A stretch of DNA of 63,946 nt, counting the filler, from Sluysia triapertura (lineage: Eukaryota), in NCBI GenBank assembly GCA_046118255.1. It is 5 parts of 5 records of this genome, joined end to end, with 100 filler letters (N's around TTAATTAATTAA, not from the genome) between each part and the next. Parts side by side here need not be neighbours in the genome. Positions count along the whole stretch, not along the records: positions 38,872 to 52,768 come from JBJNIA010015420.1; 4 more parts are not named here. One strand, 5' to 3'. The translations under genes were made by a program, and so were the position numbers. Below, one piece after another: positions 39,058 through 52,768 of the stretch. The stretch's first letter is position 1. Every line of letters starts with the position of its first letter. Under the pieces are notes generated by a model, which was not told where the DNA came from, made no database searches, and saw nothing but the letters and a program-made list of their open reading frames with translations.

Positions 39058-39693
39058 ACATATTATTCAATTTAAAATTTAAACAAAGTTATTTCAATAA
39101 ACATGACATAAAATTCATTTCAATATTGGCTCACTATTATATACTTATCTTTAATTTTACGGTTCACCATTAATTTGAACAAATATTTAAGTTTTATTTA
39201 ATTTACCATTCATAATCATTTACACATAATGTTCGTTTGAAATATTTGGACATTTTTTTGGTTCTATTTTTAATTCAGCATTTTTAATTCGGCATTCTAC
39301 AATAAGTATTGGCTCACTATTATTTCATTTTATTAACTCTAATCAAAAGTTTCATCAAACATTTCAATCATGAATAAAACATTCGACATATTCGTTTCAA
39401 TTCGATAAAGCAATAACGCTTTACGATTTTCGATTAAAAGGATTTATTTACAAAGTATTGAAAGTATTCTTTTTTAAAAGTACAACAATAGTAATAATTC
39501 CAAAAAATAAAATATGCAGTGAATTCCCGCATATTTTTGTAAATATTTAATAAAAATTGACCATAACATACCATGACATAATTTGAATAAGAAAAATAAT
39601 TATAATAAATAATATTAATCAGATATTAGGGTGTGATACCCATATTCTTATATCTCGAAAAACTACATTTAAAGCATTAGAGAATTCTATTAA

Positions 39694-39792
39694 CATGTTC
39701 GCTACCACACGGCTCATATTCGAACAATATATCAACAATATATCACTGGTCTGTGGTAGACGGTGCACTTTTTCATAGTGGTAGCGAACGTG
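39694..39792. mobile_element. piggyBac-type MITE (99 bp)
   Basis: TTAA|CATGTTCGCTACCAC ... GTGGTAGCGAACGTG|TTAA, 14/15 TIR match. Confidence 0.85.
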
Positions 39793-42700
39793 TTAATCAT
39801 ACAAAAAAATATAGAGGAAAAACAACAGCAAAAAGGGCAAGTTCGATTTTGGTATTTGTAACTAATTCGTGGTAATACTTCGGCATTATAGGTATTACTG
39901 ACAATAATTACTAAGTAGTATATAAAGGTATATAATGTACAAAATCGTATTACATATACTAAGTGATATTAAATTGTTGAACTGTACAAAATTATTATTA
40001 ATGTACTGAGTGCTGAATAATTACTACTGTTATTATTATTACAAAATTAGCTATAGTAGTGTAATGTAAAGATATAATTCTGTGAAAATTTTTGCCTAGC
40101 TATAAAGTAAAATAAATTATATAGAAAAATTTTAATTATATGCAGGAGTTTAATAAATGGTAAACTATATATTATGTATATTTATTTAATAATTTACGCA
40201 TCATATTATATATTTATACATAAAAATATATATAATATATTATAAATAAGAATTTAAATAGGAATTTAATTCAATAATTGTATAAAGGTGATAAACAAAA
40301 CATAAAAGAGGACACGCGAAAAAATAAAAACAGAAAGAACAAATTTTGAACTGCAATTTTTAGCTGATTTATTTGAGACAGAACAGTATTAATTAACTCA
40401 GCGACGGTTCAACAATTAACATAAAAGAACGATTTTTATTGGTACATTGGATCTATTCCGACCAAAATCCAATCAATTAATTCGATGAGAGTTTGATGAT
40501 TAACATAAAGGAATATTTTTTATTTATTTTTAAAAGAGAGTACCTAATTGTTTATTAAACTATCTACTTTGAATTTATAAATATAAACTTTTTGTATAAA
40601 ATTAAATGATTCTAAATATTATTTTATCAAATTTGTAATATAACGAATTCTTGTGTTGTTTATAATTAAAATTATACTTATTGTGTATCGTTTTAAATAA
40701 AGTTTTATTGCTGAATCTCAAGGTTTCAAAGATTTAAAGTAATAATTTATATCTTAACCAGCACTTCCATCTTTAAGAACAGAGACGACTATCGAACCAA
40801 ACCTTCAGACTTAAATTATAAAAAGGAAATCGATTTTGAGCTAATAGAAGAATTATTTTAAGTGAATTGAAGAAAAAGGTATTTGATAAATTGTTCAACT
40901 AATGTAAAAAATTCATCAGCAAACGAAGTAGATAATAAAACTGCATAGATTTTATAAGGCCAGACTTAGAAAAAGCCTTTGCATTGTTAAGATTGCGAAA
41001 GGAATTTTAACATCAAACCTGTAAACGAGTTGTAAATTAAAAGTTATTCGATTAAGATTCACACAACGGTAAAGAATAAATTTTGAGTAATTCGAGTTAA
41101 AAGACATAAAAGACAAAGTCTGAACGTAAATTAACTTATAATCACCTAAAAGCATTTTAATATTCACAAATTTTACACTTACACTTACAACAACAACAAT
41201 AATAATAAAGCAGCACCAAAACCTGAGGAACAATTAATTATACTTTGAGAACCATTACAAAAATTTGCTTTATAAAATACATAAATACATAAATACATAT
41301 TGTCGTTACTTTTTAATCAGTTGATTAAGTATAAACGCATTTCCTTCTCTAGGATTCAAGACAGGTTCAAAGTTATTCTGGACATTAAATATTTAAGGTT
41401 GTCATAACAATCCTCTAAAATAACTTAAAATTGTTATTTTCCAAAAAAGAAACATATTTTCTAAAAAGGAAAACTAATTTCTAAAAATAGAAAAAGTTTA
41501 TAGAATGTTATATAGAATTCTATTCGTTTTTGATTAGGTGTTAGCTCATACATATAGCTGCAGCTGAATCACAAGGACGCCACTGTTATTACATCATTAT
41601 TTTTTCAAGAACTCGCAAGTCATTTCATCGTCAATCACTTATTGCTACATTCAGTGACAGTAATTATTTGGGTAGCAGGTATAAGATCCTTAATTCATTT
41701 TGGCAGTACTTTCCCGGATTCTGTTTTCGATACGTGTTCAGTCCATGTTAAATTCATAAGTTATTTTTATTTTCGAAGTTAATATCTTAAAATCAACGTA
41801 AATTCTTTTTTAAACGATGCTTTAATTAAAAAATATCTTTTTTATCATTGACCTTTTTATTTTGTATAACTTTTACATTAAATATTGTATTAATATATTT
41901 TTACGTTGATTGACTATTTGACTAATCTATTGCGTAAGACGTTCATAAAGTAATCACTAAGATAAGGTGATAAAAATCAGACCCTTGAAGTACCATATAA
42001 GAAAATACAAAAGTTTAGGACCACAAAGTAATTTTTTTTAGTAATTATTGAAAATTTTAGTTACTTTACTCTAACCGGACCATGCTCAATTTTATTTTGG
42101 TGTAGGTTAAGAATTAAGAAAACCTCATCACTTATTAAATTGAAGCTGCATAGATCAATATTGAAAGTTCAATAGTTTGGTTTGATAATTAAGGAATTAA
42201 CAAACAAAATTCAAACAATATTTGATAATAATCGAGTTAATTTATATGAATAATTTATATGAATTTAATAAGTTTTAAGATAATTCAGTAATCGAGATTA
42301 ATTTATATAATTTCTTTTAGACATTAAAAGATAATTCATACTAAACCTACGCATCTCGGACAAACAAATGCATATCTCATATTAAGCTTATACTAATTTT
42401 TATATATTTTTATCATTCTATTATCCGGATTGTTATGATGAAAAGCGGTTGTAGTCATCAGTATACAATCTAATTTATTGTATGCGAACATTGATTTTCT
42501 TTAGAATTATAAAGTACAGTTTATCTAAAAATTAAAAATATTTTAATTTCAGATCAAATTAAACGATGTAAAATGTACAGTAAACACAATTTTCAATAAA
42601 AATTGATTTACTACATACAAAAGCAGCACAACAAATTGATATTAACAAAAATGAATATAACATAATACAATATTAATCGTATCATTTATTTAAATTACAT

Positions 42701-42794
42701 TATTTGCTTCGATAATTATCCAAATTTAGCGGGATCAAATGAACTTTTTAAGTGAATTGCACCACATGAAAATTTAAATTTAAAATACACAAAC

Positions 42795-43050
42795 CCAATT
42801 CATTGTTACAAAGAACTTGAAGACCTTCGCGTAAATAAATCGCACCAGAAGGATCACCAAAATAACTCGGCGCATTTGAAACAATTGCAGATGTTACCAT
42901 CAATGCAGATGTTGAGTCATCGTATGTAAGTTTATTTCGTTTTTTATGTTTTTTCTCTCGTTTCATTGATGACGTATTCATAATAGAATTCGGTTGACTA
43001 CTAGAAGTACTAGCACTATCTTCACTGCGAGCATCTTGATCTTCATTGTG

Positions 43051-43112
<62 letters not shown>

Positions 43113-43258
43113 TACTATGTCTTTTTGTTTTATTATTAGTAGTATCCGGTACTGAATCTTGAATTTGAGATGCTGTCATTAGTGTTGAATGGCGTTGCTC
43201 ATCATTTGAAAGGCCTGATTCATCTGGTGGAGGTTTCGCATCTTTTTTTGGCCTTAAT
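42795..43258 (-). CDS. CLIP4: CLIP3/CLIP4-like CAP-Gly protein, exon 4 (poly-Asn linker and start of third CAP-Gly)
   Basis: Acceptor ttattttattag, phase-2 join with exon 3 (QK|LRPKK). Ends YLREGLQVLCNNELG at donor gtttgt, resembling the start of the last CLIP4 CAP-Gly (LHEGSQVL..NEM). Confidence 0.8.
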
Positions 43259-43779
43259 CTAATAAAATAATCAAAAGTTTAGGATATAATTATCGTTTTA
43301 ATAGATAATTGTTCATTAAAAATAAGTAGAATTTGGATAATTTATTAAAAACAAATAAGTTTTGTTTTGTTTTTCAAAAATTATACAACAATATTTTTTA
43401 TTTGTTTATTTGTTAATTAAGATAATCAAAAATTACAAATATATAATTGCTGTATTATTTTTGCTATACAAAAAATTGGTAATTATTTTGCATACTGATA
43501 CACTGATTGTCTATCTTATTTAGAGAATACAGGAACTTCATCAAAAGATGCACAAAAGCACCACTATTAAAGCAAGCTAAATAGATGTCTGTAGATATTT
43601 GTAAACTCAGTACAAAAGAGTAGTTTGTCTTTATTCTATTAATGACATTAACATATTTATAAACTAAAGCGATTCATAAAATTAGTCCAATTGTAATACA
43701 ATTACACCATTTACATTTTATATGCGATAAAAACAAACACATGTATTTAGAAAAAAATGATTAAGCACTATAAACTTAC

Positions 43780-44155
43780 TTTTGTAATCTCGAATGGGGA
43801 GCAAACACACCTTTATTTGTCGGACAAGTAAAATATCTCACTCCAGCAACTTCACCGTCATTTCTACCAACTGCTTTATCAAGCTCGATACCAAACCAAA
43901 GCCCGGGAGAAAATTTAGCAGGTCCGATAAACCTGATAACACCTTTACGTTGCCCAGCGACAAGTACGCGATCACCAATTTGTAAATTAGTATTATTAAC
44001 AATGGAAATTGAAGTTGCAGTTGCAGACGTAGGTACAGAAATTGGACTATTACGCAATCCTGAATCTACACGTGCTACTACTCCCGATACATCTACTGTA
44101 CCATGATGAACAATAACTGATGCACCCCGAGGTTCCAGTGCATGTCGAGGTGTTC
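43780..44155 (-). CDS. CLIP4: CLIP3/CLIP4-like CAP-Gly protein, exon 3 (second CAP-Gly)
   Basis: LQIGDRVLVAGQRKGVIRFIGPAKFSPGLWFGIELDKAVGRNDGEVAGVRYFTCPTNKGVFAP. Acceptor aaattag (phase 1), donor gtaagt. Confidence 0.92.
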
Positions 44156-44396
44156 CTAATTTTAAAAGTATTATCTAAACTTAATATTTTAATGACGGAA
44201 ATACCTATCAAAACATTATAAATACATTTCAAAAATTATCATATTAAATCTATCTGTATAAATAAGTACAAAATACAAATACAAAATACTATTTCAAAAT
44301 ACAAATAGTAAAAGTAAATAAATTGAAACATCATAAAGCTATAGTACCATATAAGCGAATTCATAAAAATAAACATTTAACTATGAATATACTTAC

Positions 44397-44730
44397 CAGG
44401 CCTTCTTCCTAGACTGTTTGTATTTGTTCTCGAAGCTGGTTTAAGTCGTGTAACTGGACAAAATACACCTTCACTTTCTGGTGCGACGCAAGTAAAATAT
44501 CGAACACCATCTACCATACCTTTATTCCGACCTTGTCCTCTACCTACTTCAATTCCAGCCCAAACACCGTCTGCAAATTCTACAGGACCGCAGTACCTCA
44601 AAATACCCTCTCGACACTCTTCTACATTTTGATTATTAGATTGTGGATAATTCTCTGACGGTAATGGTGACGATGATTGACCACTAGAGCTTGTTATTTG
44701 AACCCTATCTCCAATATTCATTCCTAAAGC
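44397..44730 (-). CDS. CLIP4: CLIP3/CLIP4-like CAP-Gly protein, exon 2 (first CAP-Gly)
   Basis: ALGMNIGDRV...GILRYCGPVEFADGVWAGIEV..GQGRNKGMVDGVRYFTC..GVFCPV. Acceptor tcttttag, donor gtaagt. Confidence 0.92.
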
Positions 44731-44790
44731 CTAAAAGATAATGCAATGTTTTTAGTATTAACTATTTTTAATGTATATATATATATATAC

Positions 44791-44838
44791 CATTTTTAAT
44801 ATATCTGTAAAGTGACAGACATAATACTCATTCTTCAT
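44791..44838 (-). CDS. Candidate first exon of the CAP-Gly gene (MKNEYYVCHFTDILKM)
   Basis: ATG after AAA, 48 nt, phase-0 donor gtatat, 60-nt intron, in frame with exon 2. The true upstream exons could lie elsewhere. Confidence 0.45.
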
Positions 44839-45559
44839 TTTAAATTTAATCAGTAAAATAATTTATCATTTTTAATTATTATTAATTAAAAATTATTAAA
44901 ATAATGCTTTAGTATCAATTTAAAATGAGATTACATATAGTCAATATAAATTCAAAATTTAATAAATAACAATTAAATTCAAAGTGAAAATGTAGAAATA
45001 ATTATTTTAAAGTTTGATTCTATAAAGTTAATTTGAAATTAGAATTTATAAATATTAAATTTTACTGTTATAGTCAAAAAATTATCCTAAAATGAGAATT
45101 AATAATAACAATATGAAATCAAATTTTAATATCATAAAACTCGATCAAAATTAAGTTAACGTAAAGATTCATACGTTATGATTCACATGTTATGGTTACG
45201 ATGAAATATGATTTATATATTTTTTTCTATATCAATTCTTGTGTTTTATTATTAGTGGTCAATCATGCTATACTAGATAAATGAATTAGTATACATATGA
45301 ATGGCCTCGCAGCCAAATCTAACTTCATGAAGTTATTTTATATTTAATGATTATGATTATAATTGTGGTGACCAACTCATTCATTCAAAATTTTACACTA
45401 CATAAAACACAAAACAACCACACAATTACATAACAGTTTAATATATTAAACCTTAATAATTTGAAATTTAAAATATAACCAACAATGAAATTTCTATAAA
45501 AACAATTTTAACTCTTTACTATAACTCTTTTTCTCACTCACTTCTTCACAACTCGTTAC

Positions 45560-46400
45560 TACCTATCCTACAAAAAGAAATATTGGAAGCACTTGAAGAA
45601 TAACGAGCTAAATGCATATATAGATAACGTAAAAGATATGCGCATTTATGTTAGGCGTTCAAAATTTCAACCAAAACAAAAGGAAGCTTTATATAAGTTA
45701 TGGGATTTAATAATTCGATTGCTCGTTTTGAAGACGAAAATTCAGAATTTAATACCGAAGCGAGTTTTATTAAACTTAGCCCGTGCGTTGTCAAAAAATA
45801 GTTCAGGTGTTTTAAATTGTCTTTCTAATGACAAAAAATGTTTAGAAGTCTTGGATGTTAAAGAAAAATACATAGAAAACTCAAAAACAAAATCTCAAAA
45901 CGATAATATTTTGACTTTCTTTGGGAAACGTTATGATATTAATAATCAAGTTATAGAACCATTAAAAAATTTAAAAATGTCATGATACTTTTTAAAAACT
46001 TGTCAAGAACATATTAAATGTTTTTGCAGATTACCCTTATTTTGACAAAGATTTATATTTTAACTACAATCCGATTTCTGGTAAATCTGAGCAGAATTAG
46101 TCGATTACTCAGAAAGAAGCTGTAACAGACACTTCAGATAGTATTGAAAGAGTGATGAAACTCCTGATGCGGTTATGAAAATTAATGATGCTGATTAAAA
46201 GCAATTGGGAAAAGTAGAAAATAAGAAGCCATCAATATGGAATCAAAATTACGACAGAAAAGAGATGAAGCAACTCAATAACCTCAGGCCATTCGATTAT
46301 AAAGCAACTGTGACTTATATGAGGCAGAAGATAAACGGAAATTCTACTGTAAAACTACAAATTGACGTAGACCTAGTTTGAAAAAAAGGTGAATCTAGTG
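45560..46400 (+). pseudogene. Decayed intronless ORF, unknown parent
   Basis: 130-aa ORF continuing in broken frames to ~46400, preceded by a C/A-rich leader (45365-45560) resembling those of other cassettes. Confidence 0.4.
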
Positions 46401-47269
46401 AGTATAACCAAATAGCCAAAATAAAAATTTTCTTAAAATTATATTTTACTGCAACGTATAATGTTGGTGTATATTTTATATTTATAGGCCACTAAAATTA
46501 ATACCTTTCACAACAAAAATTATCACACACTAATCATTAACATCCTTATTTCAAGAGTGTTATAAAGTTATTCAGACAGTTATTCAAAAGTGCTATAAAA
46601 GTTTATATAGACATTGTAATGTAAACATTGATTGAAATTTTTTCAGGGTTTTTAGTAAAAAAATTAGATTTGAAACATTAATCAAAAACTAATTCATAGT
46701 TTTATGAAAATTCATGTTAGAGATATTTACTTAACTACACTAAAGTTCTTTATTCAAAGTCTCAATCTAAATATCCTTACCTTTTTGTCAAACAAGATAT
46801 GTGTGCAAGATTTGCTTCATTTCAAAAATAGTCTTAATTACAATGACACAAGTTACACAATCCATTTTTTCTTTGTGGATTCTTTCGCATAGCACCTAGT
46901 ACTACATTCAAAATCAATTTGGTATTAGTTCATATTGGACGCTCGACCATCAAAATTCTTAATGTTAGCAATTTTTCTATTATATATATATATATATATA
47001 TATGAAATTGGATATATATTTTATTATCCCAAATCTTATAAATCGTATAAATCTTTTGACTTAAGATTTTTGTAATTTAGAAGTGCATAAATTTGAAATT
47101 AATATTGATATTAGAATTAGAACGTAAATATCGTTTGATAAACTTAATTAATAAATCTCTTTCAAATAATAATCTTTATAAATAATTTAAACTATTATTC
47201 AATAAAACTAACATCATCCACAATTATTATTACTAATATTTCTATATTATCTCATTTTTTGCAAATCAA

Positions 47270-48570
47270 CAGCAACTCTTTCACATTATAATATTTTTCC
47301 TTTAAACTTACAATCATTTTTAATCGTTTCTAATTCTGATAATTTACTTTCAAATTCTTTACAACTTGTATCAGAAATTTACGATTTTGAGGCGTTTATT
47401 ATTGTTCTTTATTTTATGAGTTAATGGTAATTTAGTAAATTTCTGTTCGAATAGAAACATAATATGCATCTCATTACATTTATTTTGAGTGAACTCAAAG
47501 AAGGAATTTAACGTCAAAAATTACTTTACTGCTAGACTTAAAATAAATCATATACAAAACTATACTAGAACTCATCAATATTTCTTTTTCGGCGTTAAAA
47601 TACTGTATCTTCTTTATTTTATGATTTTGTAGCAAGTTGTTGATCTTTATATCTTTAAATATGAATTTAACAAATTGAACTTCATAATTATTAAAAAGTT
47701 TATCTTTATTTATTTCCAGGAAAAATGAGAACACTACTATCATTTATAAGGAACAAAACTTTAAAAATACTAATACGAAAATCTATTATTAAAACATCAA
47801 TTGTTATAAATTTTAAAGACCATTCAATCATGTTCAGATTAAAAATTTTGTTTTTTACTTTTATTTCTTTTGTTGACCCCGTGTAGTGCAGGAAACACCT
47901 TTGCTCTCCACCAATCCGGCTGCGAAACATATAAACTGAAATAAAAGTTAACAAATATATAAAATTAGAACTCACACTAATTGATTCAGCATTGCAAAAG
48001 ATTCTAATAACCAACTCAAGATGTCCTTTGTCAATTGATTCATTCATTAATGAGTTACTCTGTAGTAATTTGCTGAAACGAAGATATTGCTTCATTGATT
48101 TAAGTCCATTAATTAATTTTAAATATGATGTAGCAACTGTTGAATGAACTCGTCATCATACTTGAATATAGGTTGACTGTGTCTCTCGATATCTTATTTA
48201 CTTGAGTTGGAACCAAAATTACAGTGTTATGCTGGAGTTTACTATTGATTGGGACACAAAATTGTTTTTTGAGCATAATAGTGACCATCGGTTGATCAAT
48301 CAGAATTTGAGAACTTCGATGATCATTTTTTGAATTTCTAAAACATCAAAAACTTTGTTTACTAAATTATTCATCATTATAAATCCTAATCGACTTGTAA
48401 TTTTATTCGGGTAATCCTGATGAATTGATAGAATCGTATTGTAATTGTTAATGATTGACTCATGTACGTCTGATAAACCCTTAGAAAGATCTTGATAATA
48501 TTGCTTAGTTTCATATTGATTCCAGTTTTCTTTATCATAATCGTTATGTGTTAGCTACTTCATTTTGATT
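47270..48570 (-). pseudogene. Unidentified decayed coding fragments fused downstream of the GT31 fragment
   Basis: Broken frames (DYDKENWNQYETKQYYQDLSKGLSDVHESII...; MKQYLRFSKLLQ...). Includes a possible ~40-nt intron gtgagt...ttttatttcag near 47974-47935. Confidence 0.35.
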
Positions 48571-48579
48571 GAAGCCATC

Positions 48580-49249
48580 CTCCAAGCATCTTAAATAGGA
48601 TAGTACATTATTATCAAATATTGTAGGGAAAATATCATTTTGATTTAACATTTCTAATTACTGTAGCATTAACTTGTAAATTACTAATTATAAGTGGAAT
48701 GTTTTGTGCTTCGAGTAAATTCTTATTACATATATCAATAAGTCGTGGAACATTGAGAAGGACATCATTGTCAACTTTAACAAAATATGTAACATGAGAA
48801 CATGACATATAAACTACTTCTAAACCTGACAGAACCTTTAACGATAAATTCATATAACTATCCACAATTGATGGTAAGAAAACAAGATCATTATATAATG
48901 ATTGTTCTTTGTTAACAAAATTTATTTCTTGTTTAACTTTCTCAAGTTCCAAAGTTGTTGGAGAAACGATAAATAACAAACGAGTATTATTTGCATGATA
49001 ATTTGTTAAATTAAGAGATTGAATCGATTTTTGTAATGTACCCAATAAATATGAATCATCTTTTGAGTCATGATTATATTTTATATACGCATTTAATAAA
49101 TCTGTATAATTTTTTGATAACCATTGCCCCCAAGTAAAACGTATAGTATTACGTGTATTACGATCTTTTATTGAAACAATTACCATTATTATCATATTGA
49201 TTGATTTATGAGGACAAATCCAATTAAACGAAGAACTCTTATTAGAATA
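48580..49249 (-). pseudogene. Beta-1,3-galactosyltransferase / GT31 family fragment
   Basis: RNTIRFTWG, LLFIV, EQSLYNDLV..IVDSYMNLSLKVL, YFVKVDNDVLLNV (DDD motif altered to DND), VIRNVKSK*Y (conserved W to TGA), then breaks off. Acceptor at 49250-49251. Confidence 0.88.
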
Positions 49250-49779
49250 CTAAATATTAAAAATATGTATTAAATAATTTAATAAAATATATAAGCATGT
49301 ATATAAAGTTTACTTTTTGAAATTAAATTTTAACTGAACATTTTGTTAAATAACCTTTTGATTGAAAAGATAAGCCCACACTATTAAAATGAAGAAGACC
49401 ATTTTTAAAGTATGTACATAAATTTAATAAGTTTAATAATACATAAAATTTCATTAACAACATCAACAAATGAACATCACACATTGCAACGACACCAATC
49501 CTAAACCATGTACACAAACATTTATATATCAAAAACATTTTAAACCTTAAAATAACCATTGAATTATATGTTAACATGATAGTGAAATTTTTGTAAAACT
49601 TACCTTCTCTAACATTTTTTTACGCATCATGGACTATTACTACTACTCCTACTCCTACTCCTACTCTTACTACTACTACTACCTCTGCTGTTAATACTAA
49701 TAAAACTAATTTAAAAAGTTGGAAAACAAAATGTGAATAATCCTTTAGAATCTCCAGAATTTCATAATGTAAGTATTCC

Positions 49780-50230
49780 GATTAATAAGATCTCTCAAGA
49801 AAATTTCATATAATTTGTTTCTGGTAGCCAAAAGAATTAATCGAAAGAGAGGACATTTAGATATCAAAAATTATGAAAAAATTTATAAGAAATGTTGATT
49901 ATTATTTCGTCAAATATCATAACTATTTTTCTTCAATAGTAAATTGTAAATTTAATTATCGGTTGAATTCAAAATATATACAAAATTTTGAATTGTTTCG
50001 TTACTTGTTTAACATTGAACAACAAATAATAAACTTGATTAATGAAATGGAATACGGAAATACTATTTTAGAATTTAGTGTTTACAATAAACAATACGTA
50101 ATTTCTTACGCTTGAGGTAAAATAGTAAATAAAACCCCAAATTATAAGTCACTTGGTTTGATTAGATGATGAATTTAGATATTTAAAGAAAGTACTAAAA
50201 ATGTCCATATAACCACGAAGAATCTGAAAC
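49780..50230 (+). mobile_element. Possible highly decayed Penelope-like RT remnant
   Basis: FIRNVDYYFV (cf. RYVDDxF), LFRYLFNIEQQI..EMEYGNTI (cf. FLxxLNxIxxxIxFTxExExxNxLxFL) and LDDEFRYLKKVL (cf. LxxELxxLxxVF) in the expected order. Confidence 0.3.
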
Positions 50231-50964
50231 AAATCAACTCAAAAATTTGTATTAAACTTTTAGTGAGTTTATTATGCTTTATATTTACCATATCTTTTAC
50301 TGATTTAGTTTTAGTAATTTTTGTATTACAAGTGATCCAGTTTATTATTTTTTTGATGTACTAGAGGTAGGTCAAGACCCCATTAATGTCAAATTTCTGA
50401 TTATGCTCCGAGAAATAATCAAAGATAATTTTCCAAGAATTAGAAATACAAAATAATTTTAAGCTGTATTGAATTTAAACAAACTCTGTCCATTTGAAAT
50501 TGAAATAAATCTCAACCGAAATTCTAAACTGTTTTATATTTTAATGAAATTACTAAGTAATAATGATTTCTTCCTGAGTTTACGAATAATTACGAAGTAT
50601 AGACTAAATTCACTTGACACATATTAGAGTGAAAATAAATTTTCATTCGATGCATACTACTCACTTGTGAACAAAATTCTATCATGAAACTATAAAATCG
50701 TACTTCAATTCATACCAAGAATATTTTTATGAGTATATTATAAGAATCAATAACATAACCAATTATTTGATAACGCATAGTGATGTTACATTTCCTATGA
50801 AATTTTGAAATAACATTAGAGACTCTTTCAAACTTAATAAAATCTACTCGGTTTAATTTCGTTTCCAGCACAACACTCATATCTAATGAGTCTACATTCC
50901 TAAATCATACACCAGATTCATAACATCACAAAAAAGGTTCAGGAACTCACTTTAAAAAGTGGTG

Positions 50965-51103
50965 TCAAGTAATATAAGACGCACCTTAAAAAACTTTTTA
51001 GTTAAATTTTAGGAAGATCACCTTATAATCCGGTGAAGTAAGTAGGCTAAATAGATTGATTACCAAATTTTTTAGGATGCATCTTATAGTTCGAAAAATA
51101 CGG
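50965..51103. mobile_element. Right end of pogo/Tigger-type element
   Basis: 'aatataagacgcacc...tgcatcttatagttcgaaaaatacgg|TA' is a typical terminus. Confidence 0.65.
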
Positions 51104-52692
51104 TATTTATTTTGGTTTAATATTATCCTAAATGAAAATTAATAAAATAGTCATAAAAATATTATTTATTGAATATAAATTATATGATTTTTAGTTATTT
51201 TAATTTTAACAGGATATTGAACTAACTTACGCTTAAATCATTGATCCACAATTTAATTTAATTTTTCCAAAATTCAAAATCACTTTATGAAATTGTTCAG
51301 AATTAATTATCCAAAGTTAATCGTCAAAATCAACTGTCCAAAATTATATACCTTGCAGCACTGTTTGCAGTAGTTTTGCTTATAACAATGTAAGGTCAAT
51401 AGTTAATTTTCACATAACATTTTTGTTATGGTAGACATCATATAATTTATTTCGATAATAATTTACATTATATTATGAAAGTATAGCCACTTTTCTCTCT
51501 GTAATAATTATTTACAATTCTATTATATTTTCTCTATATTATAATTCATATTATAGTACTAGTTATGCACTTTTTTCAATTATATCCGTCTTGTTAGTTG
51601 GACTTTAGATATATTTTAGATTTATTTTTCATTATAACTATTTATTTATTTATTTACTTTTATTTGTTTATTTATTTTTATTCTGTAGATACTTTTGTGT
51701 GCTAATGAAGTGAGTCAGATTCCTTGCAATTTGTTTTAAATATTTAAAGCGTTTTCTAAGTCTTTTAACGTTTTCTAAAACTTCTCTAATTAACTCTAGC
51801 TTTGTCATAAGTTGATTTTAAAGTAGGTGTAACAGATTTTCTGATTTAAATTTGTATTTCAAATGATAATTATTTCAAATCTATTTCAAATAGGACTCAA
51901 AAAAGTTATTAAAATGTGCCTCTTATACATATCTTGTATTTTATGAAAGTATATTTTATGAATTTTCTATGTAAAACAATTCGATCTTCAAACATTATTT
52001 AATAATCTCCAAATTAAAACCATTTAAATCTAACTCGAGTTCTGGGCAAAATTTCCAAAGTGTATAGTTTCAAATTTCTAATCGATAGTTAAATCATGGG
52101 TTATTTCTTTATTTATTTCATTTATGTCATTTATTTATGAATATAACTGACAGAATACAATCAATGGCATAACTTATTATTTATTACTTTGTTGTGAAGT
52201 AATTTATGTGATGAATCATGAATATCTCATTTAAATATTTGATAGTGATTATGTACAAGTTGTAGTTTTAATAACATCATTAACTTCATTTACATCTTGA
52301 AAGACATTGATTCCATTTCTAGTATTGAATAATATAGTTAAGATATTGATAAAATTTAAATTGAATAAAAACAAATGTAGTTTCAGAAAATCAATAAAAT
52401 GAAAGTATGTTTTTTATTAATTATAATTAGTGTTTAGAGCAGGTTTCCATTATAATATATTTCTTTATTTAAATAATTATAATAAATTTGCATTTCATTT
52501 TTAGTTTAAAATAATATTTAATAATTTTATATTATTATTAATACTGTAACTGTATCTGTGTATTTCTAAATTTTTTGTTTTAATTAGTAACAAATACATT
52601 TAATTTCAAATAATATAAAGAAACTGAATCAAATGAGTTTAAAATCAATATTTGCTTGTTTAATATTGTTATAATCTTTATTATTATTATTA

Positions 52693-52729
<37 letters not shown>

Positions 52730-52768
52730 TACTACTACTACTACTACTCTACTTTGTGACGAAAGTAT

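Noticed and set aside
43794-43985. Plus-strand ORF over the CAP-Gly exon
   Set aside because: Antisense shadow of the real exon.
9380-48640. TGA reassignment or selenocysteine (in-frame TGA at conserved W/G positions in CSE1L, RBFOX, GT31)
   Set aside because: The same segments carry frameshifts and TAA/TAG stops, and the intact CAP-Gly gene uses TGG for Trp. This is ordinary decay.
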